A stretch of DNA of 64,000 nucleotides from Octopus vulgaris (GCA_951406725.2 OX597818.1:3038001-3102000); one strand, 5' to 3'; counted from the stretch's first letter, positions 26,991-41,161 are shown. A program made the numbers and translations. Notes: generated from the letters alone by a model not told the origin.

Positions 26991-27105
26991 GCATGGACTC
27001 AAACCCAAATGAAATGAAATGAAAATGAAATATATATATATATATATGTACACATATATATATATATACATACATATCATCATCATCATCGTCGTTTAAC
27101 GTCCG

Positions 27106-27143
<38 letters not shown>

Positions 27144-27144
27144 C

Positions 27145-27255
<111 letters not shown>

Positions 27256-28862
27256 CAGTTGCGGCCAAAATGTTCAGAATGGCATTGTTTTCGTCAGAAA
27301 AGTAAGTATAAGTTTTTATCAAAGTAGTTTTATATTCTATAATTTTCACAGACAATAAATACAATATTAATTGTTATTGTCTGAGATGTTGGTGTAATTT
27401 GAGAGGATAATACAAAAGTTATGGATGATTTAATGATTTACTGCAAAACCCATGGCGGCCACCAAAATTATCAGAACGGTTGAAAAAATAACAAAATAAT
27501 CAAAAATGACACAGAATACTGGAATTATTTAATATTTAGTGTGAAGCCCTTTAGCTTCAATCACACTCTGACATCTTCGACTGCATGAGGAAATTAAATT
27601 TTCAATTTTTTGCTGGGTGATCTTATTCCATTCTTCCTGAAGAGCATTCCATAATTGCTCAGTTGTTTTAGGATTTCTGGCTTTCGAACGTTCTCCTAGA
27701 ATATTCCATACGTTTTCAATAGGATTGAGATCTGGGCTTTGAGCAGGCCAATCCATACCAATAACCTTTCCAGCCTTGAGGAAGTTCATGGCCACCTTAG
27801 CCTTGTGACATGGGGCATTGTCCTGCATGAATATGGGTGGTCGCTTAGTTGAATTTCTCAGCACAGGCAAGACATGATCTTTTACAAGTTGTTTATAAAC
27901 TCCTGCATTTACCTTTCCATGTAATCGCACCAAAGGGCCCACACCATCTCCAGATATCAGCCCCCAAACCATGATACTTCCTCCACCGAATTTAACACTA
28001 GTCTTAAGGCATTTAGGCGACAATTTTTCACCTACTTTTCGACGAACGTACCTTTTCCCATCTGAGCCAAATAACATAAACTTAGATTCATCACTGAATT
28101 GCCATTTTTCTTGAGACCACAACACATGTTCGGTTGCAAAGGTAAGACAACACATTTTATTCTTGGGGCTGATCAGTGGCTTCACTGTAGATGCTCTTGC
28201 TTGTAGGTCATGTTTAACTAAACGACGAGACACAATTTTTTGAGATAAAGTTTTCTTCAATATAATGCTCATTTTCCGAGAAACAGCAGTAGCAGTTTTA
28301 AATCTGTCCTTTTTAACCAACTTTACCATAGCATGATCTTGTTCGTTTTTCTTGGCCTACCTGTAAACTTTCTTGCTTCACACGAACCACAATCATCGTA
28401 GACCTTAAGAATACCATGTACAACACTTTTTGACTTGTTAACAATAGATCCAATACTTAAATTATCCTTCCTTCGAAGCTTAATAATCTGCTGACGAATT
28501 GGTAACGGAGTAAGTGGCATTATATTAACAAAGTACACTGCAAATATTCATACTAATGTTTAGTAAACGAACCGTCATGTAAACAAATTCAAAACATTAG
28601 AGTTCGCCGGTTAAATATACTAAAACACTGAGTAAAAGCAACCGTTCTGATCATTTTGGCCGCCATGGGTTTTGCAGTAAATCACTAAATCATCCATAAC
28701 TTTTGTATTATCCTCTCAAATTACACCAAAATCTCAGGCAATAACAAATAATATCGTATTTATTGTCTGTGAAAATTATAGAATATAAAACAACTTTGAT
28801 AAAAAATTATATCTACTTTTCTGACGAAAACAATGGCGTTCTGAACATTTTGGCCGCCACTG
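27256..28862 (-). mobile_element. Tc1-family DNA transposon (DD34E) with long IR/DR-type TIRs and TA TSD
   Basis: ta|cagttgcggccaaaatgttcagaa ... ttctgaacattttggccgccactg|ta; TIRs ~225 bp (27256-27480, 28641-28862), each with an inner repeat of the terminal motif. Confidence 0.95.
27529..28520 (-). pseudogene. Tc1 transposase, frameshifted near 28330
   Basis: MPLTPLPIRQQII...GRPRK, then FSDESKF, FMQDNAPCH, SPDLNPIEN; 34 residues between the second D and the E. Confidence 0.9.
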
Positions 28863-28979
28863 TACATACATACATGTATATATATGGATGTATATGTATA
28901 CATGTATTTCTATAGATATAGATGTATATGTATACATGTATGTGCGTAGATGTATATATATGTACACATATACATGCAT

Positions 28980-29290
28980 GTGTGGCTGTGTGCTAACAAA
29001 CTTCGTTCCAAAACATATGGTCCTGGGTTCAGTCCCACTGTGTGGTGACTTGGCATGTCTTCTGCTATAGCCTCAGACCAACCAAAGCCTTGTCAGTGGA
29101 TTTTGTAGACAGAACCTGAAAGAAATCAATTGTATATGTATGTATGTATATATGTAAGTCTATGTGTGTGTCTTTGTGTTTCTCCCTCAATACTGCTTCA
29201 CAATTGCTCTTCGTTTATTTAAATCCCTATAACTTACTGGTTTCACAAGAAGAAACTGATACAATAAGTACTAGGCTTATCAAAATAAAA
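28980..29290 (+). mobile_element. tRNA-derived SINE copy (older)
   Basis: gtggctgtgtgctaac...gggttcagtcccactg...taagtactaggctta. Confidence 0.8.
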
Positions 29291-30136
29291 AAAAACACTA
29301 GGCAGTGTCTCATATTTTTGTTTGCCCACTCAGTTGTATCTATCAATTTATCTTTATGTGTGTGTGTGTGTGTGCGTATACATATATATAATACACACAC
29401 ATAACCAGTGACTGGTTATTCAAAGACATTTATAGATTGTAAATTTATTCTGTCAAGTTACATATCAGTATAGTGGTCATTTGCAAACTCCAGAGGTGAC
29501 ACATTCATTTCTCCTTAGCCCTCAAGTCACACAGTTGTTAATGTTTATTTCAGTTGGGTCACGCCCTTCCAATTGCTATAGATTCATAATGCATCTTATG
29601 GCTGTGCCTGTCACCTGGATGGTGAGGAATACTACATTAGGAGTGGTAACGACTAGGGTACTGTAGATGACTGCTTATTGTGATCATTTGTCTTTTGGTT
29701 TCCTGTAGCTTTGCTCTCTTTTACAAACCCAATGAATATATATTTCCTATTTCAAAGAAATTCAAACAATAGATATAGGACCAAAGTTAAAAAGATTCTC
29801 AACAATTCAACTTCTCTAGTTGACAATAAGACACCCACCCCCAATAGGGGCCTTCTCACATTTTAGAGCTCCATGACCTCCATTTTTTAGGAGCTAAATC
29901 CTTTTAACAGGTTCTATAAGACTGGAATTTTGGAATATGCGCATAAAAATCAGTAGTATGGGATACATGTGGCATGATTACAATTTTTTTATGGTGTGTA
30001 AAGAGGGAAATAACCCTCATCTGCAATTTTGATGAAATTCGAAACATAGGTATTCCACTTCATTACAGAAAATATGACAGAAAAGTCTAATTCTTCAATT
30101 GCATGTCACACGGGCAACGCTGGGTAACTCTGCTAG

Positions 30137-30712
30137 TATGTTTCTAAATCTCTGCCCCTTGGCAGGATCGTTAAGCTTCCAGACCCTTCTCCATGCTGGT
30201 CATCTTCTGGGCATCCAGAAGTCACTAAATACATGTGTATATATATACTATATGTTAGGTTAGGTTAGGTTAGGTTGGTATAAGATACTATATGTATAAG
30301 ATACACATACATATAGTAAGTAACTAACTACCAGTCTATGTTGTAGGGTACATTCTTCACCAGGGAAGGTTTTGGCATTTATAAGCAGCCACCTTTCCCT
30401 TTTTCCGGTGAGGATGTAGTCAATTTGGCTAGTGTATCTGCCAGAACAGTAGGTGACTAGGTGACTGGCAGGTTTTCTGAAGTTAGTATTGCAAACCATA
30501 AGATCATTTGCATTGCAGAACTCCAGCAGCCTGGTTCCTTCCTCATTGCAGGAGCCAAAACTGTAGCCTCCATGTATGCCATGGAAGCCTCCAGCATGTT
30601 GTCCAACATGTCCATTGAAGTCACCAACCACAAAGAGAAGGTCCCTGTCATTTGTCAACACAGTAGTCTGCAAGAGGGTGTCATAGAATCGGTCTTTCTG
30701 TCCATCAGGTAG
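30137..30712 (-). mobile_element. RTE LINE endonuclease portion (continuation of 17733-20404)
   Basis: ORF 30260-30673: VGDFNGHVG, NEEGTRLLEFC, SQIDYIL, QHRLV. Confidence 0.88.
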
Positions 30713-32934
30713 AATAACAGAAAGAACTTAAAAAACTTAATGAAGGCCCATAATTCAAACTAACAGCAGTGAGAATATAGACAGATTGACAACAATGTTT
30801 CTGATTTAAACACAAGACCAGAAGATTTGAAGGGAGGAAGTTAACTGATTACACTGATGCCAGTAATACTTTATTTTCTCAACCCCAAAAGGATAAGAGG
30901 CAGAATTGACCTTAGAGTAATTTGAACTTAGAATGTAAAGAATAAGAAGAAATATTTCAAGGTATTTTGTTCAATGTTCTAATAGCCCTATCAATATATC
31001 ACCTTAATAATAATCCAAAAGTATATCAGCAATAATGTGGAGAGATGGATGAGTGGAGAGAGAAAGCAGCTAACTTGTTCAGAGAAGTAACTGTTGTGAT
31101 AGTGGTAGAAGAGGCATGATGAGGAAACAGGGTTTATGTGAGCTTGTGGTTTAAGCATGTTAGTAAGTGAATCTTTACCAACCAGTCAAATAACCTTCTT
31201 TTAGATGTATCCAAGTGCATTTGTAGCAGCAGTTACATTTCATATACATAAGTAGCACTCTAATGTTGGTCTACTTTGAACTTTGCAGAATGTTAGCAGC
31301 TGATCAGGGCTGATATATTTCTCAAAGTTTTTGTCTTTGTGTTGCAGTTTTGGCTATGCCATACATGTGGAATCATTATGAGTGATCTAGTAGTCTTAGT
31401 TAATGTTGATCATGACTGAATGGAGTGAGGAACAAAATAGCAACTTTGATATATGAAGCAAACATATCTACGTACCATTGAAAAACACTAAGTCATCATG
31501 CTCTTAGTGAACTTCCTTAAAGTACTGAAAGTTTGGTATGAGATAGTAAGGTTATATGAATAATATAGAAGGTTAAGGATCAAAAGAAGTCCATATAGGA
31601 GTGAGTATTGTTAGAACAAGCAATAAATATTTTTCTATATGCAGAAGAAAGGGTGTGGGGACACTAACAATACAGAGGATGACAGAGATGATAATGTGAG
31701 CCAGAGAGGAAGCTTCTGGCCCTAGTAGAGAGATAGGTGGCATCTATAGATGGGTAACCTCGCTATGTTTTCATGCTACACAAGGTTAAGTGAGTAGTTG
31801 ATGTCAAAAGCAATAACATGGCATGACAAAAGTTTTTAAGAGTGACAGTTTCTAATTTGATCTGGATCTATGGAAACATAGTGGTGGTCTCTGAAGATTG
31901 TTGCTAGCAATTGTTTCCATTGCCTTTAAAATGTTGAAGAGTGAATAGTAAGTTGGCTGTCTCCGGAGTTAGAGGGGTTTCACTTTTTAGAAATGAGACA
32001 CAGTGTTGCCTACTTATATAGGATGGTAATCTCTATATTCCAAATTCAAATCTTGCCAAGGTCAACTTTGCCAATAAAAAAATACCAATTCAGGATGATG
32101 GATTAGCTTGCACATTTCACTATAACAGTCTTTGACATTTTAACCTATTCAGATAACTTTGCTTCAACTTTGGATTACCTCAGGTATGTACAGAACCTAT
32201 TTACGTTTCCACTTTTTACTTATAACTGTCATTTCCAAACTCTTCACACCTGATCAATATTGCAAGCACAAACATAATAATTTGATCAGTGACAATAATG
32301 AATGAAGAAAAAGGTGCAGGAGTAGTAATATAGTATGTGAAGTGCAGAGAGTCAAAATGTTCTAAGCCTTTGCAGCAAATATAAATTAAAAAGTATCTAG
32401 TTTCAAGTTTAGTACAGTTCCAAGTATACAAGAGATCACAATGTCTAGAAACAATATTACTATAGCAAAGAAATCTCAACTATAGTTATGCATTCTCAGA
32501 ATGCTAAGGAAATTCGCACAGCAACTTCTATTAGTATATGTAATTAAGAACATTCTGACCTGCTGCATTGCAGTAGAGTGTCATAACTGCTTTCTATTTA
32601 ATTTAAATAATTTGAAGAGTTATAAAAAACTGTTTAAAATGGCATTAATATATTGCTTCCATCTATGGAAGAGATTTACTAGAATTTCATTTACTAATAT
32701 ATTTAATTCAATAATAAGATTTTTGCATTTATAATTTTTTAAATCATAGTTTAAAAAATTCAGGCCTGCTGTTTAAGTATCATCAATGAAAATCTCAATG
32801 ATTCAATAAATAAATGTAGGATATGCAATTCATATAAAAGAAATAACAATCCACTGGAAATTTAAAATTTAGTAATAAAAATTTTTGATTATTATTTTTC
32901 AGTAATGCAATATCATTAATCTAAAACATATAAC

Positions 32935-33034
32935 CTTTTCTGAATTTGTAGAAACGTAGCTTTTTCTTAAAGTAGTTTCCATGCTATCTTTTTCTCCAAA
33001 CTGTTCTTTATTGGTTTTAATTCTTAGTTTAATT
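32935..33034 (-). CDS. Candidate host-gene exon (100 nt; IKLRIKTNKEQFGEKDSMETTLRKSYVSTNSEK)
   Basis: Strong polypyrimidine acceptor ttttcctttttttttag, donor AAG|gttata; ends in phase 0, compatible with exon 12191-12272. Confidence 0.5.
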
Positions 33035-33199
33035 CTAAAAAAAAAGGAAAAATAAAATATTACTTGTAATATATCATTAATTAAATGTAAATGTAATTTA
33101 AAAAATGTTAAAAGCATAACACCACCTGATAAAAACAAAATTTTAAAGAATGTTTAAAATATAAAAATTGTTCCATTGCTCAGATATATTGCTGCACTA

Positions 33200-33360
33200 G
33201 CTTCTACCCACTGGAATACCTGGTTTTGGCTTCCACTTCATACATAATGGTTTTTTGGCACATTGGCTGTTAAGTAGGCATGTGTTGCTACTTCTGCATG
33301 AATAGTTTATCTCTATATTATGTCTGAGACTATTAGCTAAGACTTCTTCAAATTTGTTAT
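33200..33360 (-). mobile_element. Penelope-like GIY-YIG region remnant
   Basis: Translates as SCRSSNTCLLNSQCAKK then (shifted) TIMYEVEAKT, matching the PLE CxC...CPL.G.C...IVY pattern. Confidence 0.5.
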
Positions 33361-33659
33361 GAAGTTAAAAGAAATATAGAAAATCTACTGAATAGTTTTC
33401 TATATTTATGTGCAAATGTAAAATGTTTATCTGTTAGTCTAAGAATGGCCCTACATACACAGATTTTAACATTTAGAGAGAAAAGTGTGAGAACCAAATA
33501 ACTTTATGGTAGTGCTTTCTTTTGTGGAGGCACGGGTCAAACATATAATGAATTTATTTCTTGAAACTGCTAGCAGCCACAGCCTCATTATAGTAAGGGG
33601 TAGTGGCCCCTTACCATAATGAGGCTGTGATTACTAGCTGTTTCAAGAATCATATTAAG

Positions 33660-34043
33660 GCACAGGCATAGCAGTGTGGTAAGAAGCTTGTTTCCCATCC
33701 ACATGGTTCTGGGTTTAGTCCTGCTGCATGACACTTAGTGCAAGTGTCTTCTACTATAGCTTCAGGCCAACCAAAGCCTTATGAGTGGATTTGATAAATG
33801 GAAATTGAAAGAAGTCCATCAAATATACATATATGTTTATGTGTCTGTGCACCCCCTACCTTCGCTTACCAACTGATGTAGGTGTGTTTACATACCCATA
33901 ACTTGGCAGTTTTGCAGAAGGGACTTATAGAATAAGCACCAGGCTTACAAAGAATGAGCACAGGGGTCAATTTCTTTGACTAAAAAGTGGTGCTTCAGCA
34001 TTGTTACAGTCAAATGACTGAAAGAAGCAAAAGAATAAAAGAA
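33660..34043 (+). mobile_element. tRNA-derived SINE copy (older)
   Basis: Colinear with 9168-9567. Confidence 0.8.
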
Positions 34044-35009
34044 TATGCTTACTGGAGGATTTGAAGATTCTCTTAGTTACATTTTGCATGAGGTTTTTAA
34101 ATAATTAGGGTTGTAGCAGGAAAATACTGTAACTCAGCTTGTCATTTGGCTTGCAGAAGGGTATATAAGACCTAGTGCTTTGAGAGTATGGACCTTTTCT
34201 GATTCAATCTAGGGTGTGTCCATTTGCACCTTTAGATATGGCCAAGGAGTCATCTCTATATAGGCCAAACAGAATTTTCTATATAGGGTGTTTAGACAAT
34301 ACAACCTTAATGGTCTTTGCTGGTACTGTCAAAAAAGCTGATCTGCTGGCAAGTATTATATCCCTTTCACTAATATCCATAGTTTTTAGCAAACATGAGT
34401 ACCTTACACAACAGTTACCTCAATACAGAGGGATAAAAATCCACAATGGGGCAAGCCTAGCTCTGCCCCTACCATGATTGTTGCATCATAGAGAGAGATG
34501 GGAGGCTCTCTTTTTGCTACTATTAATCCTCCTAAATAGATGTTTACAAGCTTTGAAGAGATAATAACACTTGCTCACTTAATAGCCAATATAATGCAGA
34601 GACAGTTATATAGGGAGTGGAGGTTGTAGCCAATGACCTCTGAGGGATGATGCAAGTACAGTGATATGTAAGAACAATAGAAAACCTTGTCAAGATGTGA
34701 CTGAACAGCTATAGGTCTTCTGTGAATCCAGGAAAGGTTAAATCTTGGCATATGTGATGTTTGATTTCAACTGGAGGCTGAGTGAAAGATGCAGGCCATA
34801 TCTTAACAACAGCAGGAGATGAAGGCTCTGCTTTGTAAAGATGTTGGTTTTCATCATCTGGAGGTCTCCTTTAACCACAAAATAAGTGTTTTTATGACCT
34901 ATGAGCATAAATATGTTCTCAGAAACAAGTCAAGTGTCTCCAAATAGCAGACTAGTAATTGCTTTTATATGAGATTTACTCTCTTCTAACATAATGGACA
35001 TTTTAAGTA

Positions 35010-35958
35010 CAAGAGTGTGCTGAAAAGTTTATAGGCTGACTATGAAGGAGTGGGGCTAGAGCTGTGAAATCTTGCATGCATTAATTTCAGCTATTCTTAT
35101 TAATAATTGCATTGTTTCTTTTCAGGTAAACTGATATCTGACTATTCAAAGAACACTTTAAAAGTAACTAGTAGCAACTTCTCTTGAAAATCAACAAAAT
35201 TTGGCATCGGGAAATCATCAAGTACCTGCGGAAAAAGGGTTTAGTCCCAAATGGCATTTATGCTGATATGGTTGCTACATTAAGGGATGGTACACCAGCT
35301 TTATCAAATGTGAAAGTAGGTAACTGAATTTAAGAGGGAAAGAATCTTCAAGATGACCCAAGGTCTGGACATACTGCAACTGCCACCACTGAAGAAAACA
35401 TTGATTATGTTCACCACATGATGATAGATGACAGATGATTGACAATAAATCAAATAGCCAATACTATTAACATATCCTATGAAAGAATGGAGAATATTCT
35501 GCACAATGAACTTGGCATGATGAAGGTTTCTGCTTGGTGGGTGTCACATCTTCTGACACCTGATCAAAAGTGCGCCAAGCTGATCATATCCCAGGAAAAT
35601 CTGACATTGTTTGAGGCAGATCCAATTGGTTTCTTTGAACATTTATTAACTCAGGATGGGTGTTGGGTCCATCACTTTGAGCCAAAGACAAAGCGACAAT
35701 CCATGCAGTGGAAACAACCCTCATCTGTTCACCAACATGAAAAATTACTTGACTGGGAATCAGTATCACAGTGATGATGTCATCATGTCTACTGTTGATT
35801 ACTATTTTTGAGCAACAGAATGAAAGCTTCTTCACCAATGGGATCCAAGCACTGCAAGTGTGTGGACTGCAAGGGGACTATGTTGAAAAATATACCTCAT
35901 TTGGTCACATTCCATCAGAGTCTCTTGGTCAGCCTATGAACTTTTCAGTTGACCCTTG
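35010..35958 (+). mobile_element. Internally deleted mariner transposon
   Basis: TA-flanked TIRs caagagtgtgctgaaaagtttataggctgac / gtcagcctatgaacttttcagttgacccttg; ORF 35439-35774 has WVSHLL (WVPHLL-like) and TQDGCWVHHFEP. Confidence 0.85.
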
Positions 35959-38224
35959 TATCCTTCACACTTCTGTTGCTCTCTCTCTACTTGTCTCCCA
36001 TTCACTGTCTTTCCCTCCTTCCTTCTCATTTATTTGTATGCATATAAAACATAGTTACAGACAGTTTTTGTCTTTTACTAATCTACCTTACCTTACTATA
36101 TGACTTTACCTCTTTTTAATCCACAATAAGAGATATAACTCTAGAAGTCTTCCAGCAAAAGGTTTTGATAAAATCATACTTTCCTCAGGTTTTATTCCAG
36201 TTTTCCTGAAGCCAAGTGGTTTGTTTTTACCCTTGTCATTCTGCCTAGTTAGATGTAAATTTTTTGCATACCCAGTGTGAAATGGATCTAGCAATACTGT
36301 TCATGTCAATCATACTGGATGACTGTCTGGTACTGTCCATTAATTATGCTTGGCCACAAGGAGGTTCATAATTTATAATTTTGTATTCAATATGTGCATG
36401 CATAAGTGTATGTATGTATGTATAATAATATAAATAATATATATATATCATAGAAATATGGTTGAAAATAGAAACTACACGCAGAAGTGACCCCACATTT
36501 ATCTAACTCAAGCCACAGAAATCTAGGGGACACAACTCCACCAACCTAACCTCCCTTATACCCCAAAATAACATTCAAACAACAAACAGGAATTCAGCTC
36601 GTAATAGAAAATCCGGACGTAATTTTCAAGGACCCCTACATACAAATCAAAAGATCCATCCAAGTCTCCAGACTAACCTAAACTTTCGGGAACCACTACC
36701 TACCAGTCTACCCCCAACATCTGGAAAAATTTGCCTCTCAGACTTAACCCTCAATATAGATACTTAAAGCATTCAACTAGACACACAACCTAACTAGACA
36801 ACATAACTTCTCCCTCCACGCACATTACAAAATGAAAAATAAATTTAATCCAAACCACATCAACCATAGACAATATAACAACCCTCAGTACACAGTCACC
36901 CCACCATAAACATACTACCACAGACACACTACATCCCATTTTCTCCTCACCAAACCAAACACAATACAGACTTCTCACGAGAATCCACCTACTACAACCA
37001 TTTTTTAGACCTAAATCAGAGAAACAGAGATGTGAAATGGAACAAAATGTACAAGAACAACCAAAAATAATCAACTTATCAAAGAAAGTCCTAAGTACTA
37101 CACAAACTACAATTCTAGTGAGAGGTTTAAAGTTTACACCAACCCCTCACAGATCGAACCCAAATGAAATTAAGGATAACACTATGGATTTTTGTTGCAA
37201 CTTGCACCTCACAGAAGCATTCCACAACTATATCAGCGAAGATGATTCAATAGAAAAAAAATAAAACCAAATACTGTCTTACAAAGGGGAGAAATAAAGC
37301 ACTTGATGATTTTTCTGAACACATTACCAATTTTCCTTTCAATACCCTACAAAAACAAGGAATTAAATCCAACCTTAACACAAATGAGTGGAAAAACCTA
37401 ATTGAGTTAAAAAACGATACAAACCTGACCATTAAAGAAGCTGATAAAGGAAGAGCAGTAGTAGTGATGGACACAGAGTACTACAAAAATTTAATACTCT
37501 CCATGCTGGAAAACAATATTTACTATGAGAAGATAGTACAATACAACCCACAGAAGACACTTAAAAATTTATCCTCCTTACTTCAAATACATGGAAAGGG
37601 CCTCACTAAAAAAGAAATTGACTATTTATCCAATTTTAAATACAGACCAAGTCTATTCTACAGATTACCTAAAAAACACAAATATCTACATATTTCTAAA
37701 GCTTGCAAAGATTCTCCAAGCCTATGCATTAATGTTCCTCCTCCTACTGACCTCAAACTAAGACCGATCATTGCTGGCCCTGATTGTAAAACTCACTGTT
37801 TGAGCAATTTCCTCGACATCTTACACAAACCATTTCTACAATATGTGAAAAGCTTCATCGGGGATGACTTAGACATGCTTAACCACCTCCCAAAGAGAAT
37901 AAATGAAGGAACCCTGTTAGTATCATTCGATGTGGTAAACCTGCACACCAATATCCCACACGATTATGGCATAGAAGCAATCACCTTTTGGCTAGAAAAA
38001 TACTCAGAAGAGATCCCAGGATGCATCAACCACAGAGTCATAATTGCAGCACTGAAATTCATCCTACTGAGCAACTATTTCATGTTCAATACAGTCTACT
38101 ATTGACAAAAATGTGGAATTACAATGGGAACCCAAGCTGCCCCAGTGATCATGAATCTTGTAATAGGTTACCTAGAGCTTAAAATATACCAATTATCACT
38201 ACAAAAATATGGCACCTCAATTCA

Positions 38225-38587
38225 TCTCTATATATATAAACGGCAAAATGTGTGTGTGTGTGTCCTTTATACAAATTCACAACTTTTCAGTTAGAGGGCT
38301 CGCACTTTCTATGGTCATTCAAAACCATCCAAGGGTGGTCGTGCACATCTTTACATTTCCCCAGTCATCCCGCAAAGCCATTAAAAAATCAATAGGAGTG
38401 ATTTTTTGTGAATTTTCTATCCAAAACCCAATCAAAATGCCCAAAACTTGATACGCCAATTGGATGCCAGCTAGCAGTATGAGATTGGTTGGAGATTTGG
38501 ACAGTACTCGCATGTATGTGTGCACGCACACAGCTGTATATGTATGCACTAGCACTATGACCTGGCATTGCTGGGTCATAGTGCTAG
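38225..38587 (+). mobile_element. Short non-autonomous Helitron inserted in PLE RT
   Basis: A|TCTCTATATATATAAAC ... gacctggcattgctgggtc hairpin ... CTAG|T; no TSD. Confidence 0.85.
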
Positions 38588-39410
38588 TTGCTATTTAAAG
38601 GAGAACTGGAAGAAGTATGATTGCTTCATACTTTGGAAAGACAGCATGGACAAACTCCTCGATTTCAAAATAATGCTCAACAATATCAATAGCAACATAC
38701 AATTTACCATGAAACACAGCAATAAACAACTTCCTTTTCTTGACATCCTAATTAAAATAGTCAATAACCACATCGAAACAGACATCTTCTATAAACCCAC
38801 AGATTCAAAACTACCGATTACTCAACTCATGCCACCCCAAACACATAAAAATTAATATACCTTATAATCTAGCGAAAAGAATCTGTACCACAGTTTCAGA
38901 CACCAATACTCATGAACAAAGACTCCTTGAACTCAGATCAGTACTAATCAAGAGACATTACCCAACATCATTAATAAATGATGGGATTAAACGAGCAAAG
39001 GAAATACAAACACTAAGGGAAGTCAACCAAAATACTACACCAGACTTAAAAATACTCCTATACATCTCCACACGTAACCCTAGAGACAACAAAGCCTTCA
39101 ACATTATCACTCAAAATCTACCCATTCTCACAGGAGATAAAACAATGAACAAAATTTTAGGCTCACTCAAAATTATGAAGAGCAAAATGCAACTGAAATC
39201 ATTGAAAAAAATATTAACCAACGCAAGACTATATCCATTAACAAAAGAACCAAAAGTGAAAAAAATGTCGTTGGTCTAACTGTGGCACATGCCCCCACCT
39301 TTTAGATGGTACAGAGTTCCACTTTAAACAAGGTGAAATATTTAAGATTAAATCAAATTTCACTTGGGCCTTGGAAAACCTAATCTATGCCATTACCTGC
39401 TTAGGGTGCA

Positions 39411-40433
39411 TCATCATCATCATCATTGTTCGACCGTGGTCGAGACAATGGAATTTACCATGCTACGCCAGACTTCACGGTCCATCATGGTATTACGGAG
39501 GTCCTGTTGCTGGACGCCTGTATCCCTGGAGATTACATCAGGGTAGGAGAGTGTGCGCCCTCTGGTATTGCGAGTAGATGGCTTCCAGAGGAGAAGAGTA
39601 GAAATTACTTCTTTTTCAGCTCTACAACAATGTCCAGCAAACTGGACTCTCCTACCTTTCACAAGAGATGACACAGGTGGTAGTTTCCCATATATTTGCA
39701 TTTTGGTTGGATGGCGCTTCCACGAGAGATTTTGAGCTCTCATAAGGAGGCGAGTGTAGGTTCCATCCAACCACCTCTCAAGCTTCTTTGATAACGTCCA
39801 GATTTCTGAGCCATATAGTAGAATTGGTTCGACTGTGGCTTTGAAGATTTCAAGTTTGAAGTCTCTACTTAGATTTGATGACCAGATCTTATGCATGTCA
39901 TTACAGGCTGACCAGGCCATACCCTTTCTAGTTAGAAAGTCTTTTCCAGATGATGATATGTATGACCGAAGATATTTATAATCAGAAACCATATTTAAGG
40001 GCGCATTGTTGAGAGTATGGATGATGCAGTCACTGTTGGACAGGCACTTGTTTATGTATTCAGTTTTGGCCTCATTGAGGTAAAGACCTACACAATTTGA
40101 GGCTTGTTCAAGAGATTGTAAAAGAGACTGGGCATTGGGGAGAGAATCACTGATAAGAGCAATGTCGTCAGCAAAGTCAGTGTCTGTCAAGTACTCAGCT
40201 GGGTGTCTGGAACTTCTTGGTTTTATTTCAAAGCCCTTGCCAGAGATGGTATCAACTGACATACGTAGCACATAATCAACAACAATGATGAAAAGAAATG
40301 GGGCGAGTGTGTCTCCCTGCAGTATTCCGGCTTTGATTGAGAAAGATGATGTTTCTCCATCAGGGGTTAAGATGGTTGAAGACGTATCTGTGTAGAGGAC
40401 CTTGATAGCAGAAATGATTTTGTCTGGTATCCC
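39411..40433 (-). mobile_element. 5'-truncated RTE-group LINE (second family) with 8-bp TSD
   Basis: TSD agggtgca at 39403-39410 and 40434-40441; open frame with QGDTLAPFLF, DFADDIAL, LLYGSEIW; (GAT)n tail. Confidence 0.9.
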
Positions 40434-41126
40434 AGGGTGCAGTAATCAATATATTGGCCAAACAAGAATATCACTCTGTCGAAGAACAAATCTACCACCC
40501 ACAATACAGACAGATACAGGTCAATGAACACATAGATAGGTTTGCTAGGAACCTTAATCCTAATTTCCTAATTTTCCCCTTCTATCAATGTTCACAGAAT
40601 ACTTCAGTACAGCAAAGAATGAATAAAGAAGCAACTTTTATCAATAAATATCATCCACAACTTAACATGAACACAACATAATACAGAACACTACCAACCT
40701 TACCAATAATACCACTAACACCTATACATTCCTTACACCATTCATATTATAGTATTATATTGATCCTAATTGCACTATGTCTACTTGCCTCCCTTACACA
40801 ATCTTTTTACTCAGGGACTAGTAGACCCGACACTGTTTGATAATCAGTGTGCATTCAAAGCCAGTGAACAGCAATGACAATACATGTTCGACATTGAATC
40901 TCTTTAACAATTCAAAATAATGAATTTAATTCCTCTTAATTCTACTCATTTCATCTAATTGTATTTATTTATTGCTACTTTTCATAAAAAAAGCCTTTAT
41001 TTTTTTGATATTCAAAGCGCCATTTCACTTTTTCTTCTTACTTTCCCTGTATATATATGACCGTGTGTGTACCGTTGGCGATTTTTTCCCTCCATCTTCC
41101 CTTCTTTGGATCTTTCCTTTTCCTAT

Positions 41127-41161
41127 GTTTCTGACGAAGAGCTCTGCTCAAAACGTTAAAC
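41127..41161 (+). ncRNA. Minimal hammerhead ribozyme, probably inactivated (G12->A)
   Basis: gttt CTGACGA A GAGC tct GCTC aAAA CG T T aaac. Confidence 0.55.

Larger units (their letters stand above)
22644..27030 (+). mobile_element. Near-intact CR1-clade LINE
   Basis: ORF1 plus uninterrupted ORF2, very short 3'UTR and (AAATG)n microsatellite tail at ~27007-27030. Confidence 0.92.
36480..40700 (+). mobile_element. Decayed Penelope-like element (RT + GIY-YIG) interrupted by a Helitron and an RTE
   Basis: IINLSK, RGLKFTPTP, KEADKG, LRPIIAG, SFDVVNLHTNIP, QFTM...LPFLDI, DIFYKPT; endonuclease CGTCPH...NLIYAITCLGC resumes as SNQYIGQT after the RTE. Confidence 0.88.

Noticed and set aside
30255-30278. 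(TTAGG)n arthropod-type telomere repeat
   Set aside because: Only about four units inside a small insertion; consistent with a simple repeat.
31000-32000. Possible ancient LINE remnant (also 34100-34980)
   Set aside because: Composition is suggestive but I could not read diagnostic motifs.
32222-32251. Possible 30-nt micro-exon (CEEFGNDSY) on the minus strand
   Set aside because: Weak polypyrimidine tract; gives an immediate stop in the phase required between the two candidate exons.
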